Assembly (NCBI GenBank): GCA_032718475.1
Contig: JAUCBJ010007822.1
Span: 1-64,000 of the forward strand
Length of the DNA stretch: 64,000 nucleotides
Origin: Nemertoderma westbladi
Taxonomy: Eukaryota > Animalia > Xenacoelomorpha
Direction of reading: 5' to 3'
Of this stretch, positions 27,301-40,400 are shown one piece after another. Positions within the stretch are counted from its first letter, which is position 1; the number at the start of each line of letters is the position of its first letter. The notes beneath the pieces are model-generated. The model had not been told where the DNA came from and made no database searches. It saw only the letters and a program-made list of their open reading frames with translations. The translations under genes were made by a program, and so were the position numbers.

Positions 27301-30300
27301 GTGTCAGTTAGTTGTGAGTGAAGCCTCATAGATTGGGGTAGGAACGGAACAGGTTGGGAGTGTCAGCTAGTTGTGAGTGAAGCCTCATAGATTGGTGTAG
27401 GAACGGAACAATTTGGGAGTGTCAGTTAGTTGTGAGTGAAGCCTCATAGATTGGTGTAGGAACGGAACAGGTTGGGAGTGTCAGTTAGTTGTGAGTGAAG
27501 TCTCATATATTGGGGTAGGAACGGAACTGGTTGGGAGTGTCAGTTAGTTGTGAGTGAAGCCTCATAGATTGGTGTAGGAACGGAACAGGTTGGGAGTGTC
27601 AGTTAGTTGTGAGTGAAGCCTCATAGATTGGTGTAGGAACGGAACAGGTTGGGAGTGTCAGTTAGTTGTGAGTGAAGTCTCATAGATTGGGGTAGGAACG
27701 GAACAGGTTGGGAGTGTCAGTTAGTTGTGAGTGAAGTCTCATAGATTGGGGTAGGAACGGAACAGGTTGGGAGTGTCAGTTAGTTGTGAGTGAAGCCTCA
27801 TAGATTGGGGTAGGAACGGAGCAGGTTGGGAGTGTCAGTTAGTTGTGAGTGAAGTCTCATAGATTGGGGTAGGAACGGAACAGGTTGGGAGTGTCAGTTA
27901 GTTGTGAGTGAAGCCTCATATATTGGGGTAGGAACGGAACTGGTTGGGAGTGTCAGTTAGTTGTGAGTGAAGCCTCATAGATTGGTGTAGGAACGGAACA
28001 ATTTGGGAGTGTCAGTTAGTTGTGAGTGAAGCCTCATAGATTGCGGTAGGAACGGAACAGGTTGGGAGTGTCAGTTAGTTGTGAGTGAAGCCTCATAGAT
28101 TGCGGTAGGAACGGAACAGGTTGGGAGTGTCAGTTAGTTGTGAGTGAAGCCTCATAGATTGGGGTAGGAACAGGTTGGGAGTGTCAGTTAGTTGTGAGTG
28201 AAGTCTCATAGATTGGGGTAGGAACGGAACAGGTTGGGAGTGTCAGTTAGTTGTGAGTGAAGCCTCATAGATTGTGGTAGGAACGGAACAGGTTGGGAGT
28301 GTCAGTTAGTTGTGAGTGAAGCCTCATATATTGGGGTAGGAACGGAACTGGTTGGGAGTGTCAGTTAGTTGTGAGTGAAGCCTCATAGATTGGTGTAGGA
28401 ACGGAACAATTTGGGAGTGTCAGTTAGTTGTGAGTGAAGCCTCATAGATTGCGGTAGGAACGGAACAGGTTGGGAGTGTCAGTTAGTTGTGAGTGAAGCC
28501 TCATAGATTGGGGTAGGAACGGAACAGGTTGGGAGTGTCAGTTAGTTGTGAGTGAAGTCTCATAGATTGGGGTAGGAACGGAACAGGTTGGGAGTGTCAG
28601 TTAGTTGTGAGTGAAGTCTCATAGATTGGGGTAGGAACGGAACAGGTTGGGAGTGTCAGTTAGTTGTGAGTGAAGTCTCATATATTGGGGTAGGAACGGA
28701 ACTGGTTGGGAGTGTCAGTTAGTTGTGAGTGAAGCCTCATAGATTGGGGTAGGAACGGAACAATTTGGGAGTGTCAGTTAGTTGTGAGTGAAGCCTCATA
28801 GATTGGGGTAGGAACAGGTTGGGAGTGTCAGTTAGTTGTGAGTGAAGCCTCATAGATTGGGGTAGGAACGGAACAGGTTGGGAGTGTCAGTTAGTTGTGA
28901 GTGAAGCCTCATAGATTGGTGTAGGAACGGAACAGGTTGGGAGTGTCAGCTAGTTGTGAGTGAAGCCTCATAGATTGGGGTAGGAACGGAACAATTTGGG
29001 AGTGTCAGTTAGTTGTGAGTGAAGCCTCATAGATTGGTGTAGGAACGGAACAATTTGGGAGTGTCAGTTAGTTGTGAGTGAAGCCTCATAGATTGGTGTA
29101 GGAACGGAACAATTTGGGAGTGTCAGTTAGTTGTGAGTGAAGCCTCATAGATTGCGGTAGGAACGGAACAGGTTGGGAGTGTCAGTTAGTTGTGAGTGAA
29201 GCCTCATAGATTGGGGTAGGAACGGAACAGGTTGGGAGTGTCAGTTAGTTGTGAGTGAAGTCTCATAGATTGGGGTAGGAACGGAACAGGTTGGGAGTGT
29301 CAGTTAGTTGTGAGTGAAGTCTCATAGATTGGGGTAGGAACGGAACAGGTTGGGAGTGTCAGTTAGTTGTGAGTGAAGTCTCATATATTGGGGTAGGAAC
29401 GGAACTGGTTGGGAGTGTCAGTTAGTTGTGAGTGAAGCCTCATAGATTGGTGTAGGAACGGAACAATTTGGGAGTGTCAGTTAGTTGTGAGTGAAGCCTC
29501 ATAGATTGCGGTAGGAACGGAACAGGTTGGGAGTGTCAGTTAGTTGTGAGTGAAGCCTCATAGATTGGGGTAGGAACGGAACAGGTTGGGAGTGTCAGTT
29601 AGTTGTGAGTGAAGTCTCATAGATTGGGGTAGGAACGGAACAGGTTGGGAGTGTCAGTTAGTTGTGAGTGAAGTCTCATATATTGGGGTAGGAACGGAAC
29701 TGGTTGGGAGTGTCAGTTAGTTGTGAGTGAAGCCTCATAGATTGGTGTAGGAACGGAACAGGTTGGGAGTGTCAGCTAGTTGTGAGTGAAGCCTCATAGA
29801 TTGGGGTAGGAACGGAACAATTTGGGAGTGTCAGTTAGTTGTGAGTGAAGCCTCATAGATTGGTGTAGGAACGGAACAATTTGGGAGTGTCAGTTAGTTG
29901 TGAGTGAAGCCTCATAGATTGGTGTAGGAACGGAACAGGTTGGGAGTGTCAGTTAGTTGTGAGTGAAGCCTCATAGATTGGTGTAGGAACGGAACAGGTT
30001 GGGAGTGTCAGTTAGTTGTGAGTGAAGCCTCATAGATTGGGGTAGGAACGGAACAGGTTGGGAGTGTCAGTTAGTTGTGAGTGAAGCCTCATAGATTGGT
30101 GTAGGAACGGAACAATTTGGGAGTGTCAGTTAGTTGTGAGTGAAGCCTCATAGATTGGTGTAGGAACGGAACAGGTTGGGAGTGTCAGTTAGTTGTGAGT
30201 GAAGCCTCATAGATTGGTGTAGGAACGGAACAGGTTGGGAGTGTCAGTTAGTTGTGAGTGAAGCCTCATAGATTGGGGTAGGAACGGAACAGGTTGGGAG

Positions 30301-31400
30301 TGTCAGTTAGTTGTGAGTGAAGCCTCATAGATTGGGGTAGGAACGGAACAGGTTGGGAGTGTCAGTTAGTTGTGAGTGAAGTCTCATATATTGGGGTAGG
30401 AACGGAACTGGTTGGGAGTGTCAGTTAGTTGTGAGTGAAGCCTCATAGATTGGTGTAGGAACGGAACAGGTTGGGAGTGTCAGTTAGTTGTGAGTGAAGC
30501 CTCATAGATTGGGGTAGGAACGGAACAGGTTGGGAGTGTCAGTTAGTTGTGAGTGAAGCCTCATAGATTGGGGTAGGAACGGAGCAGGTTGGGAGTGTCA
30601 GTTAGTTGTGAGTGAAGCCTCATAGATTGGGGTAGGAACAGGTTGGGAGTGTCAGTTAGTTGTGAGTGAAGCCTCATAGATTGGGGTTGGAACGGAACAG
30701 GTTGGGAGTGTCAGTTAGTTGTGAGTGAAGCCTCATAGATTGGGGTAGGAACGGAGCAGGTTGGGAGTGTCAGTTAGTTGTGAGTGAAGCCTCATAGATT
30801 GGTGTAGGAACGGAACAGGTTGGGAGTGTCAGTTAGTTGTGAGTGAAGCCTCATAGATTGGGGTAGGAACGGAACAGGTTGGGAGTGTCAGTTAGTTGTG
30901 AGTGAAGCCTCATAGATTGGTGTAGGAACGGAACAGGTTGGGAGTGTCAGTTAGTTGTGAGTGAAGCCTCATATATTGGGGTAGGAACGGAACTGGTTGG
31001 GAGTGTCAGTTAGTTGTGAGTGAAGCCTCATAGATTGGGGTAGGAACGGAACAGGTTGGGAGTGTCAGTTAGTTGTGAGTGAAGCCTCATAGATTGCGGT
31101 AGGAACGGAACAGGTTGGGAGTGTCAGTTAGTTGTGAGTGAAGCCTCATAGATTGGGGTAGGAACAGGTTGGGAGTGTCAGTTAGTTGTGAGTGAAGCCT
31201 CATAGATTGCGGTAGGAACAGGTTGGGAGTGTCAGTTAGTTGTGAGTGAAGTCTCATATATTGGGGTAGGAACGGAACTGGTTGGGAGTGTCAGTTAGTT
31301 GTGAGTGAAGCCTCATAGATTGGTGTAGGAACGGAACAGGTTGGGAGTGTCAGTTAGTTGTGAGTGAAGCCTCATAGATTGGTGTAGGAACGGAACAGGT
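21350..31400 (+). repeat. About 4.8-5.1 kb tandem duplication in the 59-mer-rich domain
   Basis: GGAGCAGG at 23057/27821 (+4764); TTGTGG at 23162/28275 and AATTT triplets at 23881/28994 (+5113). Bounds approximate. Confidence 0.82.
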
Positions 31401-34400
31401 TGGGAGTGTCAGTTAGTTGTGAGTGAAGTCTCATATATTGGGGTAGGAACGGAACTGGTTGGGAGTGTCAGTTAGTTGTGAGTGAAGCCTCATAGATTGG
31501 TGTAGGAACGGAACAGGTTGGGAGTGTCAGTTAGTTGTGAGTGAAGCCTCATAGATTGGTGTAGGAACGGAACAGGTTGGGAGTGTCAGTTAGTTGTGAG
31601 TGAAGCCTCATAGATTGGTGTAGGAACGGAACAATTTGGGAGTGTCAGTTAGTTGTGAGTGAAGCCTCATAGATTGGTGTAGGAACGGAACAGGTTGGGA
31701 GTGTCAGTTAGTTGTGAGTGAAGCCTCATAGATTGGGGTAGGAACAGGTTGGGAGTGTCAGTTAGTTGTGAGTGAAGCCTCATAGATTGCGGTAGGAACG
31801 GAACAGGTTGGGAGTGTCAGTTAGTTGTGAGTGAAGCCTCATAGATTGGGGTAGGAACGGAACAGGTTGGGAGTGTCAGTTAGTTGTGAGTGAAGCCTCA
31901 TAGATTGCGGTAGGAACAGGTTGGGAGTGTCAGTTAGTTGTGAGTGAAGCCTCATAGATTGGGGTAGGAACAGGTTGGGAGTGTCAGTTAGTTGTGAGTG
32001 AAGCCTCATAGATTGGGGTAGGAACAGGTTGGGAGTATCAGTTAGTTGTGAGTGAAGCCTCATAGATTGGTGTAGGAACGGAACAGGTTGGGAGTGTCAG
32101 TTAGTTGTGAGTGAAGTCTCATAGATTGGGGTAGGAACGGAACAGGTTGGGAGTGTCAGTTAGTTGTGAGTGAAGCCTCATAGATTGGGGTAGGAACGGA
32201 ACTGGTTGGGAGTGTCAGTTAGTTGTGAGTGAAGCCTCATAGATTGGTGTAGGAACGGAACAGGTTGGGAGTGTCAGTTAGTTGTGAGTGAAGCCTCATA
32301 GATTGGGGTAGGAACGGGTTGGGAGTGTCAGTTAGTTGTGAGTGAAGCCTCATAGATTGGGGTAGGAACGGAGCAGGTTGGGAGTGTCAGTTAGTTGTGA
32401 GTGAAGCCTCATAGATTGCGGTAGGAACGGAACAGGTTGGGAGTGTCAGTTAGTTGTGAGTGAAGCCTCATAGATTGGGGTAGGAACGGAGCAGGTTGGG
32501 AGTGTCAGTTAGTTGTGAGTGAAGCCTCATAGATTGGGGTAGGAACGGAACAGGTTGGGAGTGTCAGTTAGTTGTGAGTGAAGCCTCATAGATTGGGGTA
32601 GGAACGGAACAGGTTGGGAGTGTCAGCTAGTTGTGAGTGAAGCCTCATAGATTGGGGTAGGAACGGAACAATTTGGGAGTGTCAGTTAGTTGTGAGTGAA
32701 GCCTCATAGATTGGTGTAGGAACGGAACAATTTGGGAGTGTCAGTTAGTTGTGAGTGAAGCCTCATAGATTGGTGTAGGAACGGAACAGGTTGGGAGTGT
32801 CAGTTAGTTGTGAGTGAAGCCTCATAGATTGGTGTAGGAACGGAACAGGTTGGGAGTGTCAGTTAGTTGTGAGTGAAGCCTCATAGATTGGTGTAGGAAC
32901 GGAACAATTTGGGAGTGTCAGTTAGTTGTGAGTGAAGCCTCATAGATTGGTGTAGGAACGGAACAGGTTGGGAGTGTCAGTTAGTTGTGAGTGAAGCCTC
33001 ATAGATTGGGGTAGGAACGGAACAGGTTGGGAGTGTCAGTTAGTTGTGAGTGAAGCCTCATAGATTGGTGTAGGAACGGAACAGGTTGGGAGTGTCAGTT
33101 AGTTGTGAGTGAAGCCTCATAGATTGGGGTAGGAACGGAACAGGTTGGGAGTGTCAGTTAGTTGTGAGTGAAGCCTCATAGATTGGGGTAGGAACGGAAC
33201 AGGTTGGGAGTGTCAGTTAGTTGTGAGTGAAGCCTCATAGATTGGGGTAGGAACAGGTTGGGAGTGTCAGTTAGTTGTGAGTGAAGTCTCATAGATTGCG
33301 GTAGGAACGGAACAGGTTGGGAGTGTCAGTTAGTTGTGAGTGAAGCCTCATAGATTCGGGTAGGAACAGGTTGGGAGTGTCAGTTAGTTGTGAGTGAAGC
33401 CTCATAGATTGGGGTAGGAACGGAGCAGGTTGGGAGTGTCAGTTAGTTGTGAGTGAAGCCTCATAGGTTGGGGTAGGAACAGGTTGGGAGTGTCAGTTAG
33501 TTGTGAGTGAAGTCTCATAGATTGCGGTAGGAACGGAGCAGGTTGGGAGTGTCAGTTAGTTGTGAGTGAAGCCTCATAGATTGCGGTAGGAACGGAACAG
33601 GTTGGGAGTGTCAGTTAGTTGTGAGTGAAGCCTCATAGATTGCGGTAGGAACGGAACTGGTTGGGAGTGTCAGTTAGTTGTGAGTGAAGCCTCATAGATT
33701 GGGGTAGGAACAGGTTGGGAGTGTCAGTTAGTTGTGAGTGAAGTCTCATAGATTGGGGTAGGAACAGGTTGGGAGTGTCAGTTAGTTGTGAGTGAAGCCT
33801 CATAGATTGCGGTAGGAACGGAACAGGTTGGGAGTGTCAGTTAGTTGTGAGTGAAGCCTCATAGATTGCGGTAGGAACAGGTTGGGAGTGTCAGTTAGTT
33901 GTGAGTGAAGTCTCATAGATTGCGGTAGGAACGGAGCAGGTTGGGAGTGTCAGTTAGTTGTGAGTGAAGCCTCATAGATTGCGGTAGGAACGGAACAGGT
34001 TGGGAGTGTCAGTTAGTTGTGAGTGAAGCCTCATAGATTGCGGTAGGAACGGAACTGGTTGGGAGTGTCAGTTAGTTGTGAGTGAAGCCTCATAGATTGG
34101 GGTAGGAACAGGTTGGGAGTGTCAGTTAGTTGTGAGTGAAGTCTCATAGATTGGGGTAGGAACAGGTTGGGAGTGTCAGTTAGTTGTGAGTGAAGCCTCA
34201 TAGATTGCGGTAGGAACGGAACAGGTTGGGAGTGTCAGTTAGTTGTGAGTGAAGCCTCATAGATTGGGGTAGGAACGGAACAGGTTGGGAGTGTCAGTTA
34301 GTTGTGAGTGAAGTCTCATAGATTGGGGTAGGAACGGAACAGGTTGGGAGTGTCAGTTAGTTGTGAGTGAAGTCTCATATATTGGGGTAGGAACGGAACT

Positions 34401-37400
34401 GGTTGGGAGTGTCAGTTAGTTGTGAGTGAAGCCTCATAGATTGGGGTAGGAACGGAACAATTTGGGAGTGTCAGTTAGTTGTGAGTGAAGCCTCATAGAT
34501 TGGGGTAGGAACAGGTTGGGAGTGTCAGTTAGTTGTGAGTGAAGCCTCATAGATTGGGGTAGGAACGGAACAGGTTGGGAGTGTCAGTTAGTTGTGAGTG
34601 AAGCCTCATAGATTGGTGTAGGAACGGAACAGGTTGGGAGTGTCAGCTAGTTGTGAGTGAAGCCTCATAGATTGGGGTAGGAACGGAACAATTTGGGAGT
34701 GTCAGTTAGTTGTGAGTGAAGCCTCATAGATTGGTGTAGGAACGGAACAATTTGGGAGTGTCAGTTAGTTGTGAGTGAAGCCTCATAGATTGGTGTAGGA
34801 ACGGAACAATTTGGGAGTGTCAGTTAGTTGTGAGTGAAGCCTCATAGATTGCGGTAGGAACGGAACAGGTTGGGAGTGTCAGTTAGTTGTGAGTGAAGCC
34901 TCATAGATTGGGGTAGGAACGGAACAGGTTGGGAGTGTCAGTTAGTTGTGAGTGAAGTCTCATAGATTGGGGTAGGAACGGAACAGGTTGGGAGTGTCAG
35001 TTAGTTGTGAGTGAAGTCTCATAGATTGGGGTAGGAACGGAACAGGTTGGGAGTGTCAGTTAGTTGTGAGTGAAGTCTCATATATTGGGGTAGGAACGGA
35101 ACTGGTTGGGAGTGTCAGTTAGTTGTGAGTGAAGCCTCATAGATTGGTGTAGGAACGGAACAATTTGGGAGTGTCAGTTAGTTGTGAGTGAAGCCTCATA
35201 GATTGCGGTAGGAACGGAACAGGTTGGGAGTGTCAGTTAGTTGTGAGTGAAGCCTCATAGATTGGGGTAGGAACGGAACAGGTTGGGAGTGTCAGTTAGT
35301 TGTGAGTGAAGTCTCATAGATTGGGGTAGGAACGGAACAGGTTGGGAGTGTCAGTTAGTTGTGAGTGAAGTCTCATATATTGGGGTAGGAACGGAACTGG
35401 TTGGGAGTGTCAGTTAGTTGTGAGTGAAGCCTCATAGATTGGTGTAGGAACGGAACAGGTTGGGAGTGTCAGCTAGTTGTGAGTGAAGCCTCATAGATTG
35501 GGGTAGGAACGGAACAATTTGGGAGTGTCAGTTAGTTGTGAGTGAAGCCTCATAGATTGGTGTAGGAACGGAACAATTTGGGAGTGTCAGTTAGTTGTGA
35601 GTGAAGCCTCATAGATTGGTGTAGGAACGGAACAGGTTGGGAGTGTCAGTTAGTTGTGAGTGAAGCCTCATAGATTGGTGTAGGAACGGAACAGGTTGGG
35701 AGTGTCAGTTAGTTGTGAGTGAAGCCTCATAGATTGGGGTAGGAACGGAACAGGTTGGGAGTGTCAGTTAGTTGTGAGTGAAGCCTCATAGATTGCGGTA
35801 GGAGCGGAACAGGTTGGGAGTGTCAGTTAGTTGTGAGTGAAGCCTCATAGATTGGGGTAGGAACGGAGCAGGTTGGGAGTGTCAGTTAGTTGTGAGTGAA
35901 GCCTCATAGATTGGGGTAGGAACGGAACAGGTTGGGAGTGTCAGTTAGTTGTGAGTGAAGCCTCATAGATTGGTGTAGGAACGGAACAGGTTGGGAGTGT
36001 CAGTTAGTTGTGAGTGAAGCCTCATAGATTGGTGTAGGAACGGAACAGGTTGGGAGTGTCAGTTAGTTGTGAGTGAAGTCTCATATATTGGGGTAGGAAC
36101 GGAACAGGTTGGGAGTGTCAGTTAGTTGTGAGTGAAGCCTCATAGATTGGTGTAGGAACGGAACAATTTGGGAGTGTCAGTTAGTTGTGAGTGAAGCCTC
36201 ATAGATTGGTGTAGGAACGGAACAGGTTGGGAGTGTCAGTTAGTTGTGAGTGAAGCCTCATAGATTGGGGTAGGAACAGGTTGGGAGTGTCAGTTAGTTG
36301 TGAGTGAAGCCTCATAGATTGCGGTAGGAACGGAACAGGTTGGGAGTGTCAGTTAGTTGTGAGTGAAGCCTCATAGATTGGGGTAGGAACGGAACAGGTT
36401 GGGAGTGTCAGTTAGTTGTGAGTGAAGCCTCATAGATTGCGGTAGGAACAGGTTGGGAGTGTCAGTTAGTTGTGAGTGAAGCCTCATAGATTGGGGTAGG
36501 AACAGGTTGGGAGTGTCAGTTAGTTGTGAGTGAAGCCTCATAGATTGGGGTAGGAACAGGTTGGGAGTATCAGTTAGTTGTGAGTGAAGCCTCATAGATT
36601 GGTGTAGGAACGGAACAGGTTGGGAGTGTCAGTTAGTTGTGAGTGAAGTCTCATAGATTGGGGTAGGAACGGAACAGGTTGGGAGTGTCAGTTAGTTGTG
36701 AGTGAAGCCTCATAGATTGGGGTAGGAACGGAACTGGTTGGGAGTGTCAGTTAGTTGTGAGTGAAGCCTCATAGATTGGTGTAGGAACGGAACAGGTTGG
36801 GAGTGTCAGTTAGTTGTGAGTGAAGCCTCATAGATTGGGGTAGGAACGGGTTGGGAGTGTCAGTTAGTTGTGAGTGAAGTCTCATAGATTGGGGTAGGAA
36901 CGGAGCAGGTTGGGAGTGTCAGTTAGTTGTGAGTGAAGCCTCATAGATTGCGGTAGGAACAGGTTGGGAGTGTCAGTTAGTTGTGAGTGAAGCCTCATAG
37001 ATTGGGGTAGGAACGGAACAGGTTGGGAGTGTCAGCTAGTTGTGAGTGAAGCCTCATAGATTGGGGTAGGAACGGAACAATTTGGGAGTGTCAGTTAGTT
37101 GTGAGTGAAGCCTCATAGATTGGTGTAGGAACGGAACAATTTGGGAGTGTCAGTTAGTTGTGAGTGAAGCCTCATAGATTGGTGTAGGAACGGAACAGGT
37201 TGGGAGTGTCAGTTAGTTGTGAGTGAAGCCTCATAGATTGGTGTAGGAACGGAACAGGTTGGGAGTGTCAGTTAGTTGTGAGTGAAGCCTCATAGATTGG
37301 TGTAGGAACGGAACAATTTGGGAGTGTCAGTTAGTTGTGAGTGAAGCCTCATAGATTGGTGTAGGAACGGAACAGGTTGGGAGTGTCAGTTAGTTGTGAG

Positions 37401-40400
37401 TGAAGCCTCATAGATTGGGGTAGGAACGGAACAGGTTGGGAGTGTCAGTTAGTTGTGAGTGAAGCCTCATAGATTGGTGTAGGAACGGAACAGGTTGGGA
37501 GTGTCAGTTAGTTGTGAGTGAAGCCTCATAGATTGGGGTAGGAACGGAACAGGTTGGGAGTGTCAGTTAGTTGTGAGTGAAGCCTCATAGATTGGGGTAG
37601 GAACGGAACAGGTTGGGAGTGTCAGTTAGTTGTGAGTGAAGCCTCATAGATTGGGGTAGGAACAGGTTGGGAGTGTCAGTTAGTTGTGAGTGAAGTCTCA
37701 TAGATTGCGGTAGGAACGGAACAGGTTGGGAGTGTCAGTTAGTTGTGAGTGAAGCCTCATAGATTCGGGTAGGAACAGGTTGGGAGTGTCAGTTAGTTGT
37801 GAGTGAAGCCTCATAGATTGGGGTAGGAACGGAGCAGGTTGGGAGTGTCAGTTAGTTGTGAGTGAAGCCTCATAGGTTGGGGTAGGAACAGGTTGGGAGT
37901 GTCAGTTAGTTGTGAGTGAAGTCTCATAGATTGCGGTAGGAACGGAGCAGGTTGGGAGTGTCAGTTAGTTGTGAGTGAAGCCTCATAGATTGCGGTAGGA
38001 ACGGAACAGGTTGGGAGTGTCAGTTAGTTGTGAGTGAAGCCTCATAGATTGGGGTAGGAACAGGTTGGGAGTGTCAGTTAGTTGTGAGTGAAGTCTCATA
38101 GATTGGGGTAGGAACAGGTTGGGAGTGTCAGTTAGTTGTGAGTGAAGCCTCATAGATTGCGGTAGGAACGGAACAGGTTGGGAGTGTCAGTTAGTTGTGA
38201 GTGAAGCCTCATAGATTGCGGTAGGAACAGGTTGGGAGTGTCAGTTAGTTGTGAGTGAAGCCTCATAGATTGGGGTAGGAACAGGTTGGGAGTGTCAGTT
38301 AGTTGTGAGTGAAGTCTCATAGATTGGGGTAGGAACAGGTTGGGAGTGTCAGTTAGTTGTGAGTGAAGCCTCATAGATTGCGGTAGGAACGGAACAGGTT
38401 GGGAGTGTCAGTTAGTTGTGAGTGAAGCCTCATAGATTGCGGTAGGAACAGGTTGGGAGTGTCAGTTAGTTGTGAGTGAAGTCTCATAGATTGCGGTAGG
38501 AACGGAGCAGGTTGGGAGTGTCAGTTAGTTGTGAGTGAAGCCTCATAGATTGGGGTAGGAACAGGTTGGGAGTGTCAGTTAGTTGTGAGTGAAGCCTCAT
38601 AGATTGCGGTAGGAACGGAACAGGTTGGGAGTGTCAGTTAGTTGTGAGTGAAGCCTCATAGATTGCGGTAGGAACGGAACAGGTTGGGAGTGTCAGTTAG
38701 TTGTGAGTGAAGCCTCATAGATTGCGGTAGGAACGGAACTGGTTGGGAGTGTCAGTTAGTTGTGAGTGAAGCCTCATAGATTGGGGTAGGAACAGGTTGG
38801 GAGTGTCAGTTAGTTGTGAGTGAAGCCTCATAGATTGCGGTAGGAACGGAACAGGTTGGGAGTGTCAGTTAGTTGTGAGTGAAGCCTCATAGATTGCGGT
38901 AGGAACAGGTTGGGAGTGTCAGTTAGTTGTGAGTGAAGCCTCATAGATTGCGGTAGGAACGGAACAGGTTGGGAGTGTCAGTTAGTTGTGAGTGAAGCCT
39001 CATAGATTGCGGTAGGAACGGAACAGGTTGGGAGTGTCAGTTAGTTGTGAGTGAAGCCTCATAGATTGCGGTAGGAACAGGTTGGGAGTGTCAGTTAGTT
39101 GTGAGTGAAGCCTCATAGATTGGGGTAGGAACGGAACAGGTTGGGAGTGTCAGTTAGTTGTGAGTGAAGCCTCATAGATTGCGGTAGGAACGGAACAGGT
39201 TGGGAGTGTCAGTTAGTTGTGAGTGAAGCCTCATAGATTGCGGTAGGAACGGAACTGGTTGGGAGTGTCAGTTAGTTGTGAGTGAAGCCTCATAGATTGG
39301 GGTAGGAACAGGTTGGGAGTGTCAGTTAGTTGTGAGTGAAGTCTCATAGATTGGGGTAGGAACAGGTTGGGAGTGTCAGTTAGTTGTGAGTGAAGCCTCA
39401 TAGATTGCGGTAGGAACGGAACAGGTTGGGAGTGTCAGTTAGTTGTGAGTGAAGCCTCATAGATTGCGGTAGGAACAGGTTGGGAGTGTCAGTTAGTTGT
39501 GAGTGAAGCCTCATAGATTGCGGTAGGAACGGAGCAGGTTGGGAGTGTCAGTTAGTTGTGAGTGAAGCCTCATAGATTGCGGTAGGAACGGAACAGGTTG
39601 GGAGTGTCAGTTAGTTGTGAGTGAAGCCTCATAGATTGCGGTAGGAACGGAACTGGTTGGGAGTGTCAGTTAGTTGTGAGTGAAGCCTCATAGATTGGGG
39701 TAGGAACGGAACAGGTTGGGAGTGTCAGTTAGTTGTGAGTGAAGCCTCATAGATTGCGGTAGGAACGGAACAGGTTGGGAGTGTCAGTTAGTTGTGAGTG
39801 AAGCCTCATAGATTGGGGTAGGAACAGGTTGGGAGTGTCAGTTAGTTGTGAGTGAAGTCTCATAGATTGCGGTAGGAACGGACAGGTTGGGAGTGTCAGT
39901 TAGTTGTGAGTGAAGCCTCATAGATTGCGGTAGGAACGGAACAGGTTGGGAGTGTCAGTTAGTTGTGAGTGAAGCCTCATAGATTGCGGTAGGAACGGAA
40001 CTGGTTGGGAGTGTCAGTTAGTTGTGAGTGAAGCCTCATAGATTGGGGTAGGAACAGGTTGGGAGTGTCAGTTAGTTGTGAGTGAAGTCTCATAGATTGG
40101 GGTAGGAACAGGTTGGGAGTGTCAGTTAGTTGTGAGTGAAGCCTCATAGATTGCGGTAGGAACGGAACAGGTTGGGAGTGTCAGTTAGTTGTGAGTGAAG
40201 CCTCATAGATTGCGGTAGGAACGGAACAGGTTGGGAGTGTCAGTTAGTTGTGAGTGAAGCCTCATAGATTGCGGTAGGAACGGAACAGGTTGGGAGTGTC
40301 AGTTAGTTGTGAGTGAAGCCTCATAGATTGGGGTAGGAACAGGTTGGGAGTGTCAGTTAGTTGTGAGTGAAGCCTCATAGATTGGGGTAGGAACGGAACA

